The translations under genes and the position numbers were made by a program. Shown piece after piece: positions 32,288 to 39,201 of a stretch of 39,201 bases of DNA. Where the stretch lies: the NCBI GenBank assembly GCA_003990765.1, contig RBNJ01000149.1:1-39201 (forward strand), given 5' to 3'. Origin of the DNA: Jimgerdemannia flammicorona. Taxonomy: Eukaryota. Positions within the stretch are counted from its first letter, which is position 1, and each line of letters begins with the position of its first letter. The notes under the pieces were generated by a model. The model worked only from the letters and a program-made list of their open reading frames with translations, had not been told where the DNA came from and did not search any database.

Positions 32288-34318
32288 ATGGCGACCAATG
32301 AGCATCCAGAGGTGTGTACTGGGCAGGGTAGCCCTGGAGCATTTGAATGGCAGCAAGTGGGGAGAGGCCCCAGCTTGGGGGGAAGTATGAGGGGTCTGCT
32401 GGCAGGAGGCCACAGTGGAGGAGGGGGTGGAGCTGGAGGTCAAGGGTCTGGCAGGGTGAGCTTTGCAGAGAAGGTAAAGGGGGGTTGATAAGGAGCTGGA
32501 CTGGAGAGCTGGCTGAGAGGGGGGAAGGTATCAGTGAAGGCTACCAGGCAGCAACCTCTTGGGGGTACCTCTCTGGAGGGCCATAGGGGTGGAGCTGGGG
32601 GGGTAGTGGCTGGGGCAGGGACTGCTGATGGGGGTGTGACAGGCGATCTAGAAGAAAATCTAGATGGGACTGCTGATGGTGAGCCAAGCAGTAGGAAGGG
32701 CATGAGGCCCAGGGACCTGGCGGATGGTATAATGGGACTAGTGGTAGCTCTGTTACTCAAGAAGTCAATCTCAGTGTTCGCGGTCACGCTGTGTTTCCAA
32801 GACTTAGCGGTGATGGCAAAAATGGTGTTGGGGCTTATCGCTAAGCAGGTGGCTGGAGCAGCTTCGGTGAAGTTTCTGAAGGGACTGAAGGGGGTGGAGG
32901 TGGGTTTTGAGAAGGTTGAACTGCTGGAGGAGATACTGAAGATTGGGTTAGTGGTTGGGGAGGTGTGTGTTCTGATGGCAAGGTGTTTGAAATGGGATCT
33001 GAGGGTGGTCCAACTGCTGGTGAAAGGAGTACCCACGGTGATGGCAATGGAGATGAGGAAGAGAGTGGAGGATGTCATGGTGGAGTATGGAGAGGTGGTG
33101 GATATCAGATTCAGGGTCTGGGAAGGGACCATGCTCAGGACTAGGGATATAGATGTGAGGATTCAGCTGGCTGGGAAAGAGGTAACTGAGAAGGCGAGGG
33201 ACTGGTCTTCGGTGATGGTTTGGAGAGCATTCCTGTGCAAGGTGATGCAGGTAAAAGAAAGTGAAGAAGAGGAGGAAGATTTATTGAAAGTGCTGGAGGA
33301 GCTGGATGGGGCTGTGGAATGGCGAGCTAAGGCCTGGAAGACTTTTGAGGAGTTGATGCACCTGGAGGTGGTGGATGGAAAGAGGATTCAAGTGGACAAG
33401 GTGCAGTGGGAAAAGGCTCAGGGGTGGAAGAGGCAGAAGGACCTGCTGGCTAAACTGGGGAGTGGACCACAGAAGGATGCAAGCATGAAGATGAGTGCAG
33501 AAGAGGCCGGAGCGAGTGTCTGGGCTGGGGAGAGGAGTGGGAATGATGGGGCAAAGACAGGGAAGGCAAAAGAGGTGAAGATTAGCAACCCATATGCTGA
33601 TGGCACCTTGGAGGTTTGGGATGAAGTCTGGGAGAACTCCCCCACCCCTTCCCCTCTTATTAGGCGGGGCCTGGCTTCCAGGAACAAGTCTGGAGAGAAC
33701 ATGACAATGCTGGGGACCTAGCAGGTGGAATTTAGCATTCCAGAGGTAATGGATGGGGACCAAGTAGTGGTGGCTGGGGATGAGGAGCTAGTGGATGTCC
33801 CGGAGGTGTGGGATGAGAATGTGAGTGCTGGAGCTGATACCACGATGCTGGATGGAGGGAGGCCTGCGACCCCTGGTGGGAAGAAGGTGGGGAACCTACT
33901 TTGGATGTGCCGGATGATGAATAACCTGGTGGCAGAAGAGCTGGGGGAGGTGGACTTGCATGGGATGAGTGACGAGCACTGGGCAAGAATTTTGCAGGGG
34001 GAAGGAGTGGTGATGGTGCTGAAGGCAGAGATTCTCATGGTGTATCTGGAGGAGGAAGAGTATGAGGTGGACAAGGAGAGAGAGGCAGAGTTGGCGGTTG
34101 TCACTGGGGAGAAGGCTGAGTATTGTTGGAACAGACATCATAGATTGCAGCTTTGGCAGGAGGCTTGCATCAAGTATAGAGAGGAGTTTGAGGAGAAGGC
34201 TGATGAGGAGATGAATGAGCTGTTGGCTGGACTGGAGGCTCAGAGGGCTGAAGAGGAGGAGGTGATGGCTGAACATAATCTGGACATGGCACAGGAGGAG
34301 ATGGGCATGGAGCAGTAG
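32288..34318 (+). pseudogene. LINE ORF1 (~676 aa) with premature stops
   Basis: ORF pieces 32288, 32534 and 33725 share one frame; stops TGA TAA at 32486-32491 and TAG at 33719; RRM-like segment LLVKGVP...EYGEVVDIRFRVWEGT; acidic C-terminus. Confidence 0.85.
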
Positions 34319-34348
34319 GGATTGATTGAGAACAAACCATATTTCATT

Positions 34349-37300
34349 ATGAACAGTACAACCAACATTTTTTCTTTGAACGTGAATGGGCTAAGGGGTG
34401 CAGTTAGATGCAGGAACATTTTTATTTGGTTGAAGGAATTGGAGGCTGATCTCTTCCTCTTGCAGGATGTCAGGTGCAAGGATGATTCTGATAGGATGGA
34501 ATAGACTAAGGAATGGGGTGGCATGGCGATTTGGAACAGCAAGGTCGGGATTCTGGTTCGGAAAGGCAGAAGGGAGATATGGGATGTGAGGAGCAGGGGG
34601 GAGAGACTGGTCTGGGGTGAGTGGATTCATGCAGGTTGGAAGCCAGTCACAGTTGGCTCCTGTTACTGCTCTGCTGTGCGGGGGGAGCATGTGGATTAGA
34701 TGAAAGGGCTCCTGGAGAGTGGGATCCTTACTGAAGCTGGGTTGGATATGCTTGGAGGAGATTTCAATATGGTTTGGGATGTACAGCTGGATAGAACTGA
34801 TGGAGGACGAGGTGCTGAGAGCAGGAGTGGGGGGCTGGTGATGTGGGAGGAGGTTGAAAGGCTAGGAGCACTGGTGGATGCTAGTAGGGAGTACTGAGGG
34901 GACAGAAGGGTATATACGCATTGGGCTAGAGGTCTGGGGACAAGGATTGACTGGATTCTGATGGCTGACTGTTGGGGCCGCGATATTTGGAAGGTGCTAG
35001 AGGTAGAATGGTGTCCATGGTCAGATCACTGGGGCCTTTTGAGACAGGGGTGTTTTGGGGGAAGTGGTGATGGGTCTGGACATTAGTGCCTAAATTCCTC
35101 CTTATTAGATGATGAGTCCCGGTGGGAGGAGTGGGCAAAAGACATTCAGCTGAAGGTGGCGAATTGGCGGCAAGAGGGGGCTGCAATTGGGGTTCGGTAG
35201 ATGAGAATAAAAGAGATGGCCAGGATGTATTAGAGCAAGACTAGCAGAGTGGCTGGGAAGTAGTGAAGGCAGAGAGTGCATTGGGCTTCTACTAGATTGG
35301 CTAGGCTCCTGGAGGAGTGGGCGGGACTGGCAGTAGTGGAGGGAGAAGAGAATTGGAGAATAACGAGGGTGAGGATGGAGGTTGGGGAACTACAACAGGT
35401 GCTGCGGGAAGAAGAAGAGTCAAGGGTGCAAGGCCTGGTGGTGTGGCTTCGTTGGCAGGGGCTGGAGGAAGGGGAGAGGCCTTCCAAGTTTCTTATGAGG
35501 ATGCTTCAAGCAAGAAGGGTACAGCAGTGGTGGGAAGGGGTACTTGACTCAGATGGTAGACTAGTGCATGGTGTACAGGATATTCTTGGAACACTGAAGG
35601 TGTGATGGAGTGGATTGTGGAGTGAGGAGGAGGGTGGGGTGGATGCTACAGCCATTGACCAAACATTAGAAGATTGGCACACACCACAAGCTGAGGGATT
35701 AGGTGACCTGGTGATGCCTGTAAAGGAGGATGAGATCCACCAGGTTCTTGCCGTATCAGCCTTGGGTATGGTGCCTGGGGAGGATGGCCTCCCCTGGGAC
35801 TTCTGGAAGCGAATGGTTAGAGTCCCGGATATATTGGGGAAGTTGACAGCACTGTGTGACTCCATATTGCAGTCAGAGAGATGGGTGGGGGAGCAGGATC
35901 TTGGGCTGGTGACACTGCTTTATAAGAACAAGGGAAGGCGAGAGGATTGGAAGAACTGGTGGCTGATAATGTTGCTAGATATGGATAGAAAGTTGGTGAC
36001 TAAGGTGGTGGTCGCAAGGCTACAGAAGGTAGTCCAGCAAATTGTGGGTGTTGAGCAGAGGGGCTTCATAGGGGGTTGGCTTATTAGAGATGGCATGGCC
36101 TGGGTACATGGAGTTATTGAAGGTGCTCGAGCCTGTGGACTGGATGGGCATCTTGTCTTCTTGGACCAGGAGAAGGCTTATGACCAGGTGTGGCGAGTCT
36201 GGCTGGCAAAAGTATTAGATAGATTTGGGGTTCCAGTCCCATTTCGGTCAGTGATGGTCAGCCTACTGGAAAGGAGTAGGGCTGCGCTCGTGTGTAATGG
36301 GCATAGAGGGGTAGCATTCCCTCTGGGTGCCCCAGGGAGACCCACTGTCCCCCATTTTGTATGCTCTTTCCTTGGAACCTCTAATGGACAGAATTCGGTG
36401 GAGGATAGTGGGGCTTTCTATCTATGGAGTTGGCTGGAAAGTTGGAGCCTTTGCAGATGATATGGTGGTTGGTTTGGGAGTGACTGCAGATGTCGAGGAG
36501 CTCAAGAAGACAGTAGAGTGGTATGAGGAGAACTCTGGGGTGAAGCTGAATTGGCACAAGTGCGAAACAATGGTGCTGGGCAATGGCCTGGTGAGTGGAG
36601 AAGTTATTGGAACAATTGTCCCCACCAGAGAGGCAGTGCGGTACTTGGGCATCTATTTGTCAGTCTATGGGTCTGTTCTACCCAGGCTGTGGTGGGAGCA
36701 GAGGATTGGAATTTGGGAGGAGGACCTGTGGAGTTGGGGGGGAAGACACTTCTCTCTGGCAGGAAGGATCTCAATTTTGAATGTATACTGGCTGCCAAAG
36801 CTGTGGTATTTGGCTTATCATCTGGACTTTCCAGCCTGGGTGGTGAAGAGATTGGTGAAGGTGGCCAAGAGATGGATTTGGGCTGGCAGATGGAGTCAGA
36901 TTGATTGGGAGACTCTGTCCCTACCAGTGGCGAGAGGTGGTCTTGGGCTGGTGGACTTCCCCAAAAGACTACACTGCTTGAGGGCATGGTGGCTTAGGAG
37001 GGTGGTGGAGTTGCATGGAGGGGGCTGAGTTCCCCTGCTGCAGAAGGTATGGGAGAGGCAGACATCACCAAGAGGCTTGACTGGTGATCTTCTTTCATTA
37101 GTTGGGCTTCAGAACACTGTGCAACTGAGATATAAAGGCTTCTGGTGGGGGATAGCCAAGGGGGCACATTGCATTGGAATTCGCTGGTGAGGGGATGAGA
37201 GAGAGAGGGCTTGGGGCCCAGCGATGTGGAGATGGGATGGCATTCTTCTGGGAGGCATGCCTTTACTTGAGTTCAACATTGGTGATGGAATCGAATGCCA

Positions 37301-37847
37301 AAGGGGACCAGGCCAGGATCTGTGGCCTAGTGGTTGGCAAGGAGTTGTAATTGGTGAGGAGTGGGACTGGCAGGGAGTTTGGACCTAGAGTGCTGCAGTG
37401 AAAAATTGGATACTGCTGAAGTACTGGGTGGTCTAGTGGCATGTGCTGAGAAGGAATGTGATGCTTAACTTCTGCTCAGGACACCTTGTTGTAGGGGGCT
37501 GCTTTGACTGTGAGGAGTGCCATAATGTAGGGCAGGAAGGGGAATTTGTACAGATGCCAGAACATTGGCTAGGGGAGTGTGAGGTGTTGGGAGACTTTTG
37601 GCAGGCCATTGGGGACTGCTTGGGGGTAAGACATAGGGGGGATGATGTATGGGAGAGGTGGGAGGACCTGAGGGATCGACTGATAGGAGGGGTAGGGGAG
37701 GAGTAGATTACTCTAGGCTGGGCATTGGCTATTTGGGTTGGGCTGGCTGGTTACTGGCTATTTGTATTTGAGGAGGAGAGGCGACAGAGCTTGGGGAGCC
37801 GGTTATCATGGTGGCAGTGCCTTATGGAGGATATCTTGACAGACTAG
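34349..37847 (+). pseudogene. LINE ORF2: APE endonuclease, reverse transcriptase, C-terminal zinc finger (true end uncertain, possibly ~38005)
   Basis: SLNVNGLRG, FLLQD, LGGDFN, RIDWIL, PGEDG, FLDQEKAYD, QGDPLSP, AFADD, RYLGI, CEEC...EHWLGEC; several stops and a frameshift at ~36326. Confidence 0.92.
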
Positions 37848-38628
37848 TGGCTTGGTTGGGGGCTGTAGAGGGGTTAGAGATGCCACTTGGTAGTGAAAAT
37901 CTGTGGTCAGAGTGGTGGGAGAGTTGGAGTTGTTGGTGAGAGAGTGGTCTTTATAAATGAAGAGGTGGGGAGGGTCCCCCGATGGGGATTGGATAGTTGG
38001 TGGTGATATTGTATACTTATTTATAGACTGGTAATAAAGATAGAGTCCAAGGGACTATAAAAAAAAAAAAAAAAAAAAAATGAAGGATTTCTCTTACTTC
38101 TTCCTTAAGAATATAGTGGGTCTTATAATTCTGGAAATGGTAGTATAAGACAGTCTTGGTCCTTATATAGTGAAAGTCAGTAGAGTTGAGCTACATGGCT
38201 ACTGAGGCTTAGGCTTTATGAGGAACTAAGGCTAGAAAGACAACTGCTGATTATCCTAGGTTACTTGGATTTGTGGAGCTGACAAAACTCTTGTTGAGAA
38301 GAGTAAAGAAGGCTTCTATAAGACCTTCTTTATCTTAACTTGCAGAGTATAGAGCAAGGAGTTTGGTGTATAGGGTTTTATCTATCTGCTAATTTAATTA
38401 GAGTACTTCTTTTTATAGATAAAGTTTGTTCTACTTGTTGCAGATATAGAGGTCAAATTATCCTTGTACATTAGGTTTAATTCTCTCTAGATTGTCAGAT
38501 AGTTCAGGATAAATTCCAGTTCAGAGGTTGGGCTTTAATACTAACTTGTAGGAATTCTTATAGAGATTTATAGTGGGGTGAGGAAGCATCTTGAAGTAGA
38601 ATTAGATTATAAACTACTACTACTAAGT

Positions 38629-39201
38629 TGTAAGAGGATTACTTGTTAAGGTAACCATTACATAATTCTGGAAGAGTTTTCTAGAAGTTCTAGATATTCT
38701 GAAAGACTGTTTTCTTTAGGTCAAGATTAATTTTATATAGAGTACATTCTCTATACTTATTAATTTCAAGATCAGATTAATGTCTTAACTAAAGTCCTTT
38801 TCTGGACTAGTTCTAGATGTTCAGGATTTTCCATATTTCAGAAAGTTTAAGAAACTAAGACCAGCTTAGTTGAATTGGTATTTGCTGCAGATAATATCTA
38901 ATTAGAAAATTTCATGATATGGTTAGAAGTGGGATCTAATAGGGTACAGATTTACTTAAGAGTAGTTTGTGAGTTTTTAAATAGGTTTATTTACTATTTA
39001 TGATATTGCTATACTAGGAGTAGTTATATAAAGAGATATTATGAAAAAGTATTCAGAAGTTGTATTTAGAAGTCTTGTCTCAGATTCTGAGGTCTAGGGG
39101 AGAGGGTATTTATACTAATAAGAGGCTATCTAGACTATACTAAATATGGATATAATACTTAATATCTTGCTGAGTCAGAATGCAGTCACATAGTATAAGT
39201 G
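38629..39201 (-). repeat. 5' LTR of A2 (3' part; continues beyond window)
   Basis: Reverse complement of 1-564; ends CTTACA on the minus strand, followed by the decayed PBS and gag 5' region (38081-38625). Confidence 0.92.

Larger units (their letters stand above)
32207..38080 (+). mobile_element. Apparently full-length L1/Tx1-like non-LTR retrotransposon (~5.87 kb)
   Basis: Flanked by TSD TGAAGGATTTCTC (32194-32206 and 38081-38093; 14 bp if the preceding A is counted); two ORFs; AATAAA 38033-38038; A22 tail 38059-38080. Confidence 0.95.
17103..39201 (-). mobile_element. Family A copy A2 (3' LTR 17103-27910 hosting element B; internal 27911-38628 hosting the LINE; 5' LTR from 38629, cut by window end)
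   Basis: Reverse complement of A1 along its length; LTR termini TGTAAG/CTTACA intact at 27910 and 17103; both LTRs share a diagnostic variant (GTTGTATTYAGAAGTCTTRTCTCAGA at ~26294 and ~39058). LTR length without the insertion is ~2047 bp. Confidence 0.92.

Noticed and set aside
32440-34690. Long Ser/Pro/Leu-rich minus-strand ORFs
   Set aside because: By-products of the G-rich LINE sense strand; no domain motifs.
36320-36332. Frameshift inside the LINE RT as programmed recoding
   Set aside because: The second LINE copy (~4325-4355) has 8 extra nt that restore the frame, so this is a simple deletion.
1-39201. Prokaryotic systems (CRISPR array, retron, DGR) or host genes
   Set aside because: No regularly spaced repeat-spacer array; all RT motifs belong to Ty3/Gypsy or L1-like elements, and essentially all sequence is accounted for by transposon pieces.

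Overview
The whole 39.2-kb window is a nest of decayed eukaryotic (most likely fungal) retrotransposons; I found no host gene, RNA gene or CRISPR array. Three Ty3/Gypsy families and one L1/Tx1-like LINE family are inserted into one another, and nearly all ORFs are broken by C-to-T/G-to-A changes with strong CpG loss (RIP-like or methylation-driven decay). Family A (four pieces: 1-564, 5594-7126, 8364-17102, 17103-end) is a chromovirus with ~2.05-kb LTRs, a long N-terminal Gag extension and a dUTPase between the Gag zinc knuckle and the protease. Family B (complete copy 17377-26133 on the minus strand, 4-bp TSD CTAA; LTR fragment 7127-8362) has ~1.5-kb LTRs, a dUTPase between protease and RT, and no chromodomain. 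Family C (565-2970) is the 3' part of a chromovirus with a short LTR. A full-length LINE (32207-38080, poly(A), 13-14 bp TSD) and a truncated relative (2971-5593) sit inside family A copies. The most unusual signal appears when transition-derived stops are read through: both dUTPase-bearing families carry accessory ORFs I cannot recognise inside their LTRs (A: ~365 codons; B: 268 codons, plus a 180-codon ORF straddling the polypurine tract). This layout resembles complex retroviruses. All reconstructions were done by eye; coordinates may be off by a few bases and the host organism cannot be identified.
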